Shown here piece after piece: positions 30,337 through 39,653 of a stretch of 64,000 nucleotides of DNA. The first letter of the stretch is position 1. Each line of letters starts with the position of its first letter. A program made the position numbers and the translations under genes. The DNA is taken from NCBI GenBank assembly GCA_050251875.1, contig JBFWMA010000001.1, positions 273,577 through 337,576 on the forward strand. The letters run 5' to 3'. Origin of the DNA: Deferribacterales bacterium. Lineage in GTDB: Bacteria; Chrysiogenota; Deferribacteres; Deferribacterales; Geovibrionaceae. The notes below the pieces were generated by a model. The model had not been told where the DNA came from. It was given only the letters and a program-made list of their open reading frames with translations, and made no database searches.

Positions 30337-30365
30337 AAAAAAAGGCGGACATTATGTCCGCCTTT
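30336..30365 (-). terminator. Intrinsic terminator after flagellin
   Basis: AAAGGCGGACA-TAA-TGTCCGCCTTT followed by a T run on the minus strand. Confidence 0.88.
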
Positions 30366-30387
30366 GATATTGGATGTTTTATTCTTC

Positions 30388-32769
30388 TTACTGAAGAAGT
30401 GACAGAGCCAGCTGAGCCTGTGAGTTGGCCTGAGAAATCATGGCCACGCCTGCCTGGCTGAGGATCTGGTTGGTTGTGTAGTCCGCCATCTCCGCTGCCA
30501 TGTCGAGGTCGGCTATACGGGAGTTTGACGCTGTCAGGTTCTGGCTCTGGGTTTCCAGACCTGTTATGGTGTACTCAAGTCTGTTGATCTGAGCGCCTAT
30601 TGTGGCTCTTGCGCTGGAGATCTGGCTGAGAGCGTTGTCTATTACAGATATTGAGCTCTGAGCGCTTTCCTGATCCACCATCAGAACATCTGTCAGTCCG
30701 AGAGCGTCTGTGTCTGCCTGAGCGATGCTTACGTTCAGTGTCTGACCTTCGTTAGCTCCGATCTGAAGTTCTGTAGAGTTGTCCACCAGGTGAAGTTTGA
30801 TGTCTTCTGCTGTGCCTTCTGAGAATACCATCTCTTTTTTGTTGTCGTCCCAGCTGATGTTCAGACCGACAGCACTGTCGATCTCAACGTTAACGCCCGC
30901 GATCACGTTTTTCAGTGTGTAGTCGTTAACTTTGTCTGATCCAACAGTCTCGCCTGTGTGAGCGTCTGTAACTGTTACAGTCAGTTCGCTGTTTTCGCCT
31001 TTCTGGATTGTGGCCAGTGAAAGAGCGTTGATGAGGTCTTCATCTCCTACGAATGACAGCATGCTGTCTGTTCCGAGTTTAGCAGTCTGGATAACGAATG
31101 TTCCCTGAAGAGCCTCGTTGCTGGTATCTGTTGCCTGAGAAACATAGTTTACCAGGTTGTTGTTAACATCGTTGGCGGAGTCGCTGGTGCTTGATGTAGC
31201 GCCCATTCCGAGACCGTTAACGATAGCGTTCTGAAGCTTTGTCTCGAAGTCGGATATAGTATCGTCGCCTTCAAGATATATTGTAGCGGATGTTCCGTTA
31301 CCATAGATGGTGAGCTCCTGTGTCTGAGCGAACAGGTTAGCGCCGTCGTCTGTGGTGAACAGAGCAATATCCTTAAGTTTTGTTGTCGATGTAGCTGCTT
31401 CGCCTGATCCGTGAACTATAAGGCTGAACACGCCTGTCAGAGTCTGACCGGCTGTTGTTGTTGTGTCCGCGCTGTCCAGTTCTTTGAAGTTCATGGTCAT
31501 GCTTCCGAGGTTCAGGTTGCCAGTGGCTTCGTCGAGTGAAGCGTAGTAAACTGTCACGCCGTTGGAATCTGATACTGAGTCGCCGTCGTCAGCTTTTGTA
31601 AGTGAGCTGTCAGCTGTGAATACTATGGTAGGTCCTGCCTGCTCTGTGGGTCCGCCTGCGATCTTGATTGTACCGCCACCGGAGTTGGCTACGTCTGCTG
31701 TGACGCCTGACATATCTTCAGTAACAGCGATCAGAAGTTTGTCGCCTATCTGAACTTTACCGGCACTGTTGATGTTCACGTTGAAATCAACCTGACCTGA
31801 GCCGTCCAGACCTGTGATGCTGAATGCTGCCACGCCGCCTGTTACAGATGTGGAATCCACGCTATCCCACTCAGTTGTTGCGCCGGAAGAAGCGGTGATA
31901 AATCTGTAGGAGGCGGATACTGTTGTTGAGCCTGAAGTAGCTTCAGTGGTGAATTTTACTTCAAGATAGCCTGAGTTGTTTGTTGAGGCTGTAAGTGCCG
32001 CACCGTCAACAGAGAACATAGAACCTGTCTGCAGGTAAGAAGCGGTTACGGATGCTGAGCCTGTGTTTGCTGTGTCAACGTCAGCTATGGTTACTGTGTA
32101 GTAGCCTGTGCCGGATGTTGTTGTGATTGTTGAGAGGTCTGAAACGAAGGAAACGTTAGATGTGTTACCGATAGCTGAGTAAATCTCAGCGCCGAGAGCG
32201 CCGTCTGCAAGGGTCATAACGTCTGTTTTGTAAACATAGTTAGAACCGGCGTCAACGGAAACTGAAAGGTTGTAGTTGCCTTCGGCCACTTTGCCAGTGA
32301 CAACAACATCCACGTCTGAGCTGTCTGATGACCAGAGAGCTGTGGCGTCGCCGTTAAGAAGATTCTTTGTGTTGAATTCTGTTGATGAGGCAACACGGTC
32401 GATCTCTTCTTTCAGCTGATCTACTTCTTTTTGGATCTCTTCGCGGTCTGATGATGTGTAGACCCCGTTGGATGCCTGCACAGCGAGTTCTCTCATTCTC
32501 TGTACCATGTCCTGAATAGTTGAGAGACCGCCTTCAGCAGTCTGGAGCATTGAAATACCGTCCTGGGCGTTCATGGAAGCTCTGTCGAGACCTGAAATCT
32601 GGGCTTTTAATTTCTCAGAAATAGCAAGGCCGGATGCGTCGTCTGCGGCACTGTTTATTCTGAGACCAGATGACAGTCTTTCGATGTTTTTTGTGATGTT
32701 GTTGCTTGTCGAGTTAACGTAGCTCTGCGCAATGATAGAGCTGATGTTTGTTGATACTGTGATTGCCAT
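30388..32769 (-). CDS. fliC: Flagellin (793 aa, large variable domain), copy B
   Basis: ERLSSGLRINSAADDASGLAI N-terminus; QIGANEGQ; RATIGAQINRLE and QILSQAG C-terminus. Confidence 0.97.
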   Translation of the reverse strand: MAITVSTNISSIIAQSYVNSTSNNITKNIERLSSGLRINSAADDASGLAISEKLKAQISGLDRASMNAQDGISMLQTAEGGLSTIQDMVQRMRELAVQASNGVYTSSDREEIQKEVDQLKEEIDRVASSTEFNTKNLLNGDATALWSSDSSDVDVVVTGKVAEGNYNLSVSVDAGSNYVYKTDVMTLADGALGAEIYSAIGNTSNVSFVSDLSTITTTSGTGYYTVTIADVDTANTGSASVTASYLQTGSMFSVDGAALTASTNNSGYLEVKFTTEATSGSTTVSASYRFITASSGATTEWDSVDSTSVTGGVAAFSITGLDGSGQVDFNVNINSAGKVQIGDKLLIAVTEDMSGVTADVANSGGGTIKIAGGPTEQAGPTIVFTADSSLTKADDGDSVSDSNGVTVYYASLDEATGNLNLGSMTMNFKELDSADTTTTAGQTLTGVFSLIVHGSGEAATSTTKLKDIALFTTDDGANLFAQTQELTIYGNGTSATIYLEGDDTISDFETKLQNAIVNGLGMGATSSTSDSANDVNNNLVNYVSQATDTSNEALQGTFVIQTAKLGTDSMLSFVGDEDLINALSLATIQKGENSELTVTVTDAHTGETVGSDKVNDYTLKNVIAGVNVEIDSAVGLNISWDDNKKEMVFSEGTAEDIKLHLVDNSTELQIGANEGQTLNVSIAQADTDALGLTDVLMVDQESAQSSISVIDNALSQISSARATIGAQINRLEYTITGLETQSQNLTASNSRIADLDMAAEMADYTTNQILSQAGVAMISQANSQAQLALSLLQ

Positions 32770-32925
32770 GATATTACCTCCGTGTAATATTCACCGGATT
32801 CCCTTCCGGCATTTGATACATTTGGCTTACATACTGTTATTTTTTTCAGAACAATCCTTGTTCTAAGTCCTTATCATCCGTGATTTTGAGTAAGCAATAT
32901 CCTTCCTGACAGACACCTCCGAAGC
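32770..32925 (-). promoter_or_regulatory. CsrA-type GGA hairpin array in the flagellin B leader
   Basis: Nine GGA triplets; hairpins AGAACA-AGGAT-TGTTCT, CCGGA-AGGGAA-TCCGG and ATATTAC-ACGGAG-GTAATAT (SD in the loop). Confidence 0.75.
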
Positions 32926-32936
32926 TGCTGATAAAC

Positions 32937-32992
32937 AAAAAAAGACCGATGCTCCTTTCAGGAAGTCATCGGTCTGATTGTTTCAGTACCTT
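32937..32992 (-). promoter_or_regulatory. Leader attenuator: conserved 24-nt hairpin overlapping an intrinsic terminator (copy B)
   Basis: AAGGTACTGAAACAATCAGACCGA identical to 36143-36166; terminator AGACCGATG...CATCGGTC followed by T7. Confidence 0.75.
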
Positions 32993-33021
32993 TTTTTATA
33001 CATATTCTTTTGTCCCTTTTA

Positions 33022-33049
33022 GTATCGTCATGGTAAAGAAAATACTTTA
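33022..33049 (-). promoter_or_regulatory. Sigma28 (FliA) promoter TAAA-N16-GACGATAC
   Basis: Close to the TAAA-N15-GCCGATAA consensus; shares TAAAGTATTT with the other flagellin promoter. Confidence 0.75.
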
Positions 33050-33144
33050 AGGCAAAAGAGTGATTTTTTTTGGAAAAATTTGATTTTGGACGCAAAGATA
33101 TTGTATGACAATGATTTAGTCAGGCAAAAAAACTTTTAAAATAT

Positions 33145-33168
33145 GGGGCGGAAGCAAGCCGCCGCCCC
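33145..33168 (-). terminator. Probable terminator after flaG
   Basis: GGGGCGG...CCGCCCC stem with an AT/T-rich tail on the minus strand. Confidence 0.55.
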
Positions 33169-33179
33169 TTAAAAGTTTG

Positions 33180-33539
33180 TTAGGATGTGCTGTCGAAAAG
33201 AAGTCCGACCATTTCCTTTATGTTCTTCGAAAGTTTTATAGCATCCTCAGAGGGGATCTGCTTGATCACCTTCTGGTTATCTTTATCAATGATTTTGACC
33301 ACAACATCTTTTGTGGAGTCATCAACTTTAAATTCTCTCTGAACATTCAAAGAGTCGAGAGCGGCGTTGAGTTCGCTGACAGCTGTGTCAACTTCTTCAG
33401 CGGAGCTTTTGGTCTCTTCGGGCTTCTCTTCAGCCATATTGCCTGTTGTTTTAACAGATTGAGTCTTCTGTGCTTCTGTAGCATAAGAAGCACTTGTAAC
33501 CGCAGTGTCTGTTGTTGATGTGCTGTTTATGCTGTACAT
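33180..33539 (-). CDS. flaG: Flagellar protein FlaG
   Basis: EFKVDD..KDVVVKIIDKDNQKVIKQIPSE..I.L...GLLFD motif; located between flagellins. Confidence 0.93.
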   Translation of the reverse strand: MYSINSTSTTDTAVTSASYATEAQKTQSVKTTGNMAEEKPEETKSSAEEVDTAVSELNAALDSLNVQREFKVDDSTKDVVVKIIDKDNQKVIKQIPSEDAIKLSKNIKEMVGLLFDSTS

Positions 33540-33560
33540 ATTACACCATCCTTAAATAGT

Positions 33561-33581
33561 GGGGGATCTAAACGATCCCCC
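33561..33581 (-). other. Hairpin between flagellin A and flaG (stabiliser or leaky terminator)
   Basis: GGGGGATC-N5-GATCCCCC without a U-tract. Confidence 0.6.
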
Positions 33582-33601
33582 GTTTCCTTTCGGCAATATT
33601 A

Positions 33602-35980
33602 TTAACCAAGGAGAGACAGAGCCAGCTGAGCCTGTGAGTTGGCCTGAGAAATCATGGCCACGCCTGCCTGGCTGAGGATCTGGTTGGTTGTGTAGTTTGA
33701 CATCTCTTTAGCCATGTCAAGGTCACGTATCCTTGAAAGTGAGGCTGTCAGGTTTTCGCTCTGAGTCTCGAGACCTGTGATAGTATAGTCAAGTCTGTTG
33801 ATCTGAGCGCCTATTGTGGCTCTTGCGCTGGATATCTGGCTGAGAGCGTTGTCTATTACAGATATTGAGCTCTGAGCGCTGTCCTGATCTACCATCAGAA
33901 CGTTTGTCAGTCCGAGAGCGTCTGTGTCTGCCTGAGCGATGCTTACGTTCAGTGTCTGACCTTCGTTAGCTCCGATCTGAAGTTCTGTAGAGTTGTCCAC
34001 CAGGTGAAGTTTGATGTCTTCTGCTGTGCCTTCTGAGAATACCATCTCTTTTTTGTTGTCGTCCCAGCTAATGTCCAGACCCACTGAGCTGTCGATCTCA
34101 ACTTCAACGCCTGCGATCACGTTTTTCAGTGTGTAGTCGTTAACTTTGTCTGATCCAACAGTCTCGCCTGTGTGAGCGTTTGTAACTGTTACAGTCAGTT
34201 CGCTGTTTTCGCCTTTCTGGATTGTGGCCAGTGAAAGAGCGTTGATGAGGTCTTCATCTCCTACGAATGACAGCTGGCTGTCTGAGCCGAGTTTAGCAGT
34301 CTGGATAACGAATGTTCCCTGAAGAGCTTCGTTAGTGTTGTCTGTGGACTGAGAAACATAGTTAACAAGGTTGTTGTTAACATCAGAAGCTGTGTCGCTT
34401 GTTTCTGAGTTAGCTCCCATTCCGAGACCGTTAACGATAGCATCCTGAAGTTTTGTCTCGAAGTCGGATATAGTATCGTCGCCTTCAAGATATATTGTAG
34501 CGGATGTTCCGTTACCATAGATAGTGAGCTCCTGTGTCTGAGCGAACAGGTTAGCGCCGTCATCTGTTGTGAAGAGAGCTATGTCTTTCAGTTTGGTAGA
34601 TGATGTAGCGGCATCGCCTGATCCGTTAACTATAAGGCTGAACACGCCTGTCAGAGTCTGACCGGCTGTAGTTGTTGTGTCCGCGCTGTCCAGTTCTTTG
34701 AAGTTCATGGTCATGCTTCCGAGGTTCAGGTTACCAGTGGCTTCGTCGAGTGAAGCGTAGTAAACTGTCACGCCGTTTGTATCAACAGCGGAGTCGCCGT
34801 CGTCAGCTTTTGTAAGTGAGCTGTCAGCTGTGAATACTATGGTAGGTCCTGCCTGCTCTGTGGGTCCGCCTGCGATCTTGATTGTACCGCCACCGGAGTT
34901 AGCTACGTCTGCTGTGACGCCTGACATATCTTCAGTAACAGCGATCAGAAGTTTATCGCCTATCTGAACTTTACCGGCGCTGTTGATGTTCACATTGAAA
35001 TCAACCTGACCTGAGCCGTCCAGACCTGTGATGCTGAATGCTGCCACGCCTGATGTTACTGTACCGTCTACGCTTTCCCACTCGGTTGTTGCGCCGGAGG
35101 AAGCTGTGATAAATCTGTAGGAAGCGGATACTGTTGTTGATGCGGATGTACCTTCTGTAGTGAATTTCACTTCAAGGTAACCTGAGTTGTCTGTTGAGGC
35201 TGTAAGTGTCGCACCGTCAACAGAGAACATAGAACCTGTCTGCAGGTAAGAAGCGGTTACGGATGCTGAGCCTGTGTTGGCTGTGTCAACGTCCGCTACG
35301 GTTACTGTGTAGTAGCCTGTGCCTGTTGTTGTAGCGATTGTAGACAGGTCAGATACTGATGTAACGTTAGAAGTGTTACCGATAGCTGAGTAAATCTCAG
35401 CGCCGAGAGCGCCGTCTGACAGAGTCATAACGTCTGTTTTGTAAACATAGTTAGATCCTGCGTCAACGGAAACTGCAAGGTTGTAGTTGCCTTCGGCTAC
35501 ATCGCCTGTTACTACCACGTCGATGTCTGAGCTGTCTGATGACCAGAGAGCTGTAGCGTCACCGTTAAGAAGATTTTTGGTGTTGAATTCTGTTGAAGAA
35601 GCAACACGGTCGATCTCTTCTTTCAGCTGATCTACTTCTTTCTGGATTTCCTCACGGTCTGAAGATGTGTAGACACCGTTGGATGCCTGCACTGCGAGTT
35701 CTCTCATTCTCTGTACCATATCCTGGATAGTTGAGAGACCGCCTTCAGCAGTCTGGAGCATTGAAATACCGTCCTGGGCGTTCATTGAAGCTCTGTCGAG
35801 ACCAGAGATCTGGGCTTTTAATTTCTCAGAAATAGCAAGACCGGACGCGTCATCTGCTGCGCTGTTGATTCTGAGACCTGAAGACAGTCTTTCAATGTTT
35901 TTCTGAATATTATTACTTGTAGTGTTTACATAATTCTGCGCGATGATTGAACTGATATTAGTTCCTACTGTAATAGCCAT
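33602..35980 (-). CDS. fliC: Flagellin (792 aa), copy A, close paralogue of copy B
   Basis: Same flagellin N- and C-terminal motifs; long DNA tracts identical to 30388..32769. Confidence 0.97.
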   Translation of the reverse strand: MAITVGTNISSIIAQNYVNTTSNNIQKNIERLSSGLRINSAADDASGLAISEKLKAQISGLDRASMNAQDGISMLQTAEGGLSTIQDMVQRMRELAVQASNGVYTSSDREEIQKEVDQLKEEIDRVASSTEFNTKNLLNGDATALWSSDSSDIDVVVTGDVAEGNYNLAVSVDAGSNYVYKTDVMTLSDGALGAEIYSAIGNTSNVTSVSDLSTIATTTGTGYYTVTVADVDTANTGSASVTASYLQTGSMFSVDGATLTASTDNSGYLEVKFTTEGTSASTTVSASYRFITASSGATTEWESVDGTVTSGVAAFSITGLDGSGQVDFNVNINSAGKVQIGDKLLIAVTEDMSGVTADVANSGGGTIKIAGGPTEQAGPTIVFTADSSLTKADDGDSAVDTNGVTVYYASLDEATGNLNLGSMTMNFKELDSADTTTTAGQTLTGVFSLIVNGSGDAATSSTKLKDIALFTTDDGANLFAQTQELTIYGNGTSATIYLEGDDTISDFETKLQDAIVNGLGMGANSETSDTASDVNNNLVNYVSQSTDNTNEALQGTFVIQTAKLGSDSQLSFVGDEDLINALSLATIQKGENSELTVTVTNAHTGETVGSDKVNDYTLKNVIAGVEVEIDSSVGLDISWDDNKKEMVFSEGTAEDIKLHLVDNSTELQIGANEGQTLNVSIAQADTDALGLTNVLMVDQDSAQSSISVIDNALSQISSARATIGAQINRLDYTITGLETQSENLTASLSRIRDLDMAKEMSNYTTNQILSQAGVAMISQANSQAQLALSLLG

Positions 35981-35984
35981 GATA

Positions 35985-36021
35985 TACCTCCATGTGGTTG
36001 ATGTTGTCAGCTTCCTTGCTG
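35985..36021 (-). promoter_or_regulatory. Two CsrA-type sites (CAGC-AAGGAA-GCTG hairpin and ACATGGAGG SD)
   Basis: ANGGA motifs in a hairpin loop and overlapping the SD, like the two-site arrangement of B. subtilis hag. Confidence 0.65.
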
Positions 36022-36112
36022 ATCATAATTAAATTGTTGCGCGTCGAAATTGTCCAAATTGATGTGAGAAACAAACAAAACTGTGCCCTAAACGATAAAC
36101 ACCCCCTAAAAC

Positions 36113-36166
36113 AAAAAAAGACCGACGCTCAGTTAAGAGCTGTCGGTCTGATTGTTTCAGTACCTT
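36113..36166 (-). promoter_or_regulatory. Leader attenuator: conserved 24-nt hairpin overlapping an intrinsic terminator (copy A)
   Basis: AAGGTACTGAAACAATCAGACCGA followed by AGACCGAC...GTCGGTC and T7; compensatory stem change relative to copy B. Confidence 0.75.
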
Positions 36167-36236
36167 ATTTTTTAAACCATTCGCCGGGTCCCTTGTCCAA
36201 GGGGACACGACTATTATTATACTTTTCCTGTAAGCA

Positions 36237-36263
36237 TTATCGTCCGGTTTCTTAAATACTTTA
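36237..36263 (-). promoter_or_regulatory. Sigma28 (FliA) promoter TAAA-N15-GACGATAA
   Basis: One mismatch to the consensus; upstream of flagellin A. Confidence 0.85.
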
Positions 36264-36438
36264 GAGAAATTATTGATTTTTTTTCGGGTGGCAGGGAGGA
36301 GAAAAAAGCCGCCGGACAATGATTCTGTCCGTTTTTGTGATATGTAGAGTATCGGCAGTATCTGTAAAAAGATTACAAAAGATTAGATGTTGATAAAATG
36401 TCCTTCGGCGGATATTATTGTTGAAACGGAGAAAACCA

Positions 36439-38331
36439 ATGACAATAGCTGAAAAGAATTATGAATCGTTAAAGACGCACTACCCGGCAATATATGCCAG
36501 ACTCATGGCTCTGCCGAAGGAATCAGACTATCAGATCATCAATTCTGCCGTTAGGGGAGCCGCGCCTAACTTAAGAAACAAAAAGACGGGCCTGCTTTTC
36601 TATGACGAGATCAATCCTTATGTCGGCGCGGAGAAAGATGTTGTAGCCAGAAATATAAAGGTTACCGGATTCAATATCTTTCTGGGCGCTGGTCTGATGT
36701 ATCAGGTTTTCGCCTTTTTTAAAAAATATAAGGTGGAAGGCGGCGGACATATAGTTATAGAGAGAAATCCGGCGGTATTCGCCGCTGCCATGCAGACCAT
36801 AGACATGAGCCAGATGTTCGGCAACAAGCTGCTGCGGTTCATTGTGGGCGAGGATATAAAGGGAGTTTTCGCGGAGATCAACAGTGTGCTCCAGCGCACA
36901 GACGCGAAATTCTATGTGAAGGCCGTTAATATTATTGAGCACCCAGTATCTTTTTCTGAGGATAAGGAATACTACATGCACTGCATGGGCGCTCTGAAAG
37001 AGGCTGTCAAAGAAGCGCTGATGTTTTACGGCAACGACCCGAAAGACTCCATGATAGGTATAGAGAATACTTTTCTTAATATAGAGGAGATAATAGAAAA
37101 CCCCGGTATAAAAGACCTGAAGGACGCTTTCAAAGGCAAGCCGGGGGTGGTTATAGCCACCGGACCTTCTCTGAACAAGAACGTGGAGCTCTTAAGAGGA
37201 ATAGGGAACAAGGCCGTGCTGGTGGGGGCGGACGCTTCTCTGCGCGTTCTCAGAAAGAGAGGGCTGAAACCGCATATGGTGGCATCTCTGGAACGTCTTA
37301 TACCGACGGCGAAACTTTTCGAAAATATGTCGCCGGAGGATTTCGAGGACGTGTATTATTCCGCGACACCTGTTATTCATCCGCAGACATACGCCAACTA
37401 TCTGGGTAAACGGATAATAGTGTATAGAAATTTTGCCACTTTCAAATGGCTGGATATAGAAAGGGGTATTCTGGATATCGGTCCTTCATCCGGTAACATG
37501 GCTTTCAAACTGCTGGAATATATGGGATGCGACCCGATAATCCTCATCGGACAGGATCTGGCATACGGCGAGGAGGGCAACACCCACGCCACAGGCAGTA
37601 CCTATGGCGAGAAGGAAAAGGGACAGCATTTCGACGAAAGCAACACTGTGATGGTGGAAGGCAACTATGCCCCGAAGGTTAAAACCACTAAGGTATGGAA
37701 CACCTTCCTGAATTTTTATCATAAGGACGCTATGAACTCCCCTGCCAAAGTGATTAACGCCACTGAGGGCGGAGCTAAGATTTTCAATACGGAGATCATG
37801 ACATTTCAGGAAGCGATAGATAAATATATTAATGACGACATCGACACTCTCAAGGTAATCAGCGAAAAACTGAATATGCCCACAGATGACGAGAAGAAAT
37901 CATGCAGGATATCCGTTCTGGAAAAAGTAAAAGAAGGGATAGATATTTCCCTTAAAGCGATACAGGTCTTCGATGAGTCATACAGGCTTTGTGATGAGTT
38001 CTTTGACCAGATATGGGCGGATTTCAAGGCCGGCAAGCCCTATGACGAAAAGAGAGCTGAAATTATCATGCGCAAGGTGGACGACAACTGCCTGATATTC
38101 CGTGATCCGATTTTCTTTAATGTTATCATGCACTATGTGCAGTCATACTTCATCAGATGCATGATAGAGATAAACGCCGTCAGAAACGAGCGCATACCCG
38201 TTCACGAAGGACATTTTAAGATAATGGATATTCTGAAGGATATGTTCGCAGTGATGATACATCTTATCAGAAAGATGGAGTATCTGCTGAAACAGCTCGA
38301 GCGGAGGCTTGAAGCCGATCTCGCAAAATAA
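36439..38331 (+). CDS. Motility-associated factor (Maf/DUF115, MptE-like), putative flagellin glycosyltransferase
   Basis: VIATGPSLNKN, GCDPIILIGQDLAY..EG.THA and VINATEGGAKI motifs; divergent from the flagellins. Confidence 0.88.
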   Translation: MTIAEKNYESLKTHYPAIYARLMALPKESDYQIINSAVRGAAPNLRNKKTGLLFYDEINPYVGAEKDVVARNIKVTGFNIFLGAGLMYQVFAFFKKYKVEGGGHIVIERNPAVFAAAMQTIDMSQMFGNKLLRFIVGEDIKGVFAEINSVLQRTDAKFYVKAVNIIEHPVSFSEDKEYYMHCMGALKEAVKEALMFYGNDPKDSMIGIENTFLNIEEIIENPGIKDLKDAFKGKPGVVIATGPSLNKNVELLRGIGNKAVLVGADASLRVLRKRGLKPHMVASLERLIPTAKLFENMSPEDFEDVYYSATPVIHPQTYANYLGKRIIVYRNFATFKWLDIERGILDIGPSSGNMAFKLLEYMGCDPIILIGQDLAYGEEGNTHATGSTYGEKEKGQHFDESNTVMVEGNYAPKVKTTKVWNTFLNFYHKDAMNSPAKVINATEGGAKIFNTEIMTFQEAIDKYINDDIDTLKVISEKLNMPTDDEKKSCRISVLEKVKEGIDISLKAIQVFDESYRLCDEFFDQIWADFKAGKPYDEKRAEIIMRKVDDNCLIFRDPIFFNVIMHYVQSYFIRCMIEINAVRNERIPVHEGHFKIMDILKDMFAVMIHLIRKMEYLLKQLERRLEADLAK

Positions 38332-38339
38332 ATAACTCA

Positions 38340-38467
38340 AACGGCAGGATGCCGTTCGTGGAGCTTGTGAAAACAGCTTTGCTGATTTGAATAAGCGTAA
38401 CGTGAGCGCAGTGAGGATTTATTCCGAACGTAGCGTTATCGCAAAAAGTTCAGGAAGAACTTTTTGT
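38340..38467 (+). repeat. Dispersed copy of the repeat family seen in the 63.4-64 kb array
   Basis: Shares AGCGTAACGTGAGCG..TGAGG..CCGA..GTAGCGTT; flanked by hairpins with AGGA loops. Confidence 0.75.
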
Positions 38468-38468
38468 G

Positions 38469-39653
38469 CTAAATTGTAATGATCTTATCATTACAACCTG
38501 TAATGCACTCTCCGCCGTCAGGTGTGACTACATAGGTGTTTTCCAATCCGACCAGACCTGTGCCGGGGATACCTCTTTTCGGTTCCACAGCCATAACCAT
38601 ATTCTCCTCGAAAGGCAGATCGAATCCTTTCGCAATGACAGGATATTCGTCTATCACAAGCCCGATGCCGTGACCGAGGAATTTCACCCGTTCGTCCAGC
38701 GAGCCCATGAAAAATTCGAGAAAGCTGTCGTCCAGATCAGCCATGACAGTTTCGTATACCTGAGACGGGACGTTGCCAGGTTTCAGAAGCGACACTGTTT
38801 TCTGAAGTATTTTTACGCATTTTTCGTGATATTCATATGCTATGTCCGGCAGTGTGCCGAAGGCGTATACCTGTGTCTTATCTGTGTGATATCCGTCTAT
38901 TCCGCATCCGATATCGATGAAGATGAGGTCGTTTTTTTTCAGCTTTCTGTCGGCGCTGCCGAAGAACGGCGCCGCCGGGCTGATGCCCATGACTCCGCCG
39001 GGACCATCGAATGTGTTGTAATACATGGAATTTTCGCCGAAGCATACCTGTCCCATGAACATCTCGGTGTTGAACATGGCGAGCCTGGCTATGCCGTGGT
39101 GTCCCTCATCCAGCATATATTTGAGAATCTCCGCTCCCAGCTCTTTCTCGCTCATCCCTTCTTTGATTACAGATGGTACGAACTCCTGAAGTGTTTTGCC
39201 GTGGAGCATGCCCGCTCTGCGCATCAGCCCCAGCTCATACTGGGTTTTGACTGCTCTGGCGGCGGAGATGGGTAGATCGCATGAGGCGACCTCTTTGAAA
39301 TCAAAATATTTATTAAGCCTTTCGAAATAGGAGAGGGGAATGAACTCCTTCTCCATATGCACACATCCGCCCAGTTGTCCTGTCACGGCGGCTATGTCTC
39401 TGAAGCTGTTTATTTTTACGATGTTGTCGAAGGATGATTCGTGCTGGGCTCTGTAAAAGCTCCTGCGGACGAAAAATACCGCATCCTTTCCTCTGCGGAT
39501 GACAAGAACGCCCGACTGCTGGGTGCCTGTGAAATAATAGATGTTGATCTTGCTCACTATCATCACGGTTTCCCAGTCGGGACACATGGCGTCCATTCTC
39601 AGAAGAAAGTTGTTCAGACGCGCGCTAAGCTCGCCCGAGGGTATTTTGCTCAA
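38469..39653 (-). CDS. M24 family (Xaa-Pro) peptidase
   Basis: IDIG....[26 protein letters not shown] and GLENTY motifs. Confidence 0.92.
   Translation of the reverse strand: MSKIPSGELSARLNNFLLRMDAMCPDWETVMIVSKINIYYFTGTQQSGVLVIRRGKDAVFFVRRSFYRAQHESSFDNIVKINSFRDIAAVTGQLGGCVHMEKEFIPLSYFERLNKYFDFKEVASCDLPISAARAVKTQYELGLMRRAGMLHGKTLQEFVPSVIKEGMSEKELGAEILKYMLDEGHHGIARLAMFNTEMFMGQVCFGENSMYYNTFDGPGGVMGISPAAPFFGSADRKLKKNDLIFIDIGCGIDGYHTDKTQVYAFGTLPDIAYEYHEKCVKILQKTVSLLKPGNVPSQVYETVMADLDDSFLEFFMGSLDERVKFLGHGIGLVIDEYPVIAKGFDLPFEENMVMAVEPKRGIPGTGLVGLENTYVVTPDGGECITGCNDKIITI

Noticed and set aside
33050..33125. c-di-GMP-I riboswitch (GGCAAA...GGACGCAAAG)
   Set aside because: On the strand opposite the flagellin; lacks the GAAA-capped P2 stem and the P3 tetraloop receptor
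35992..36319. 87- and 96-aa ORFs upstream of flagellin A
   Set aside because: Overlap the promoter and attenuator; the conserved 24-mer is better explained by RNA structure, and no equivalent ORF is listed at copy B
38466..39275. 269-aa + strand ORF
   Set aside because: Antisense to the M24 peptidase; no RBS or motifs
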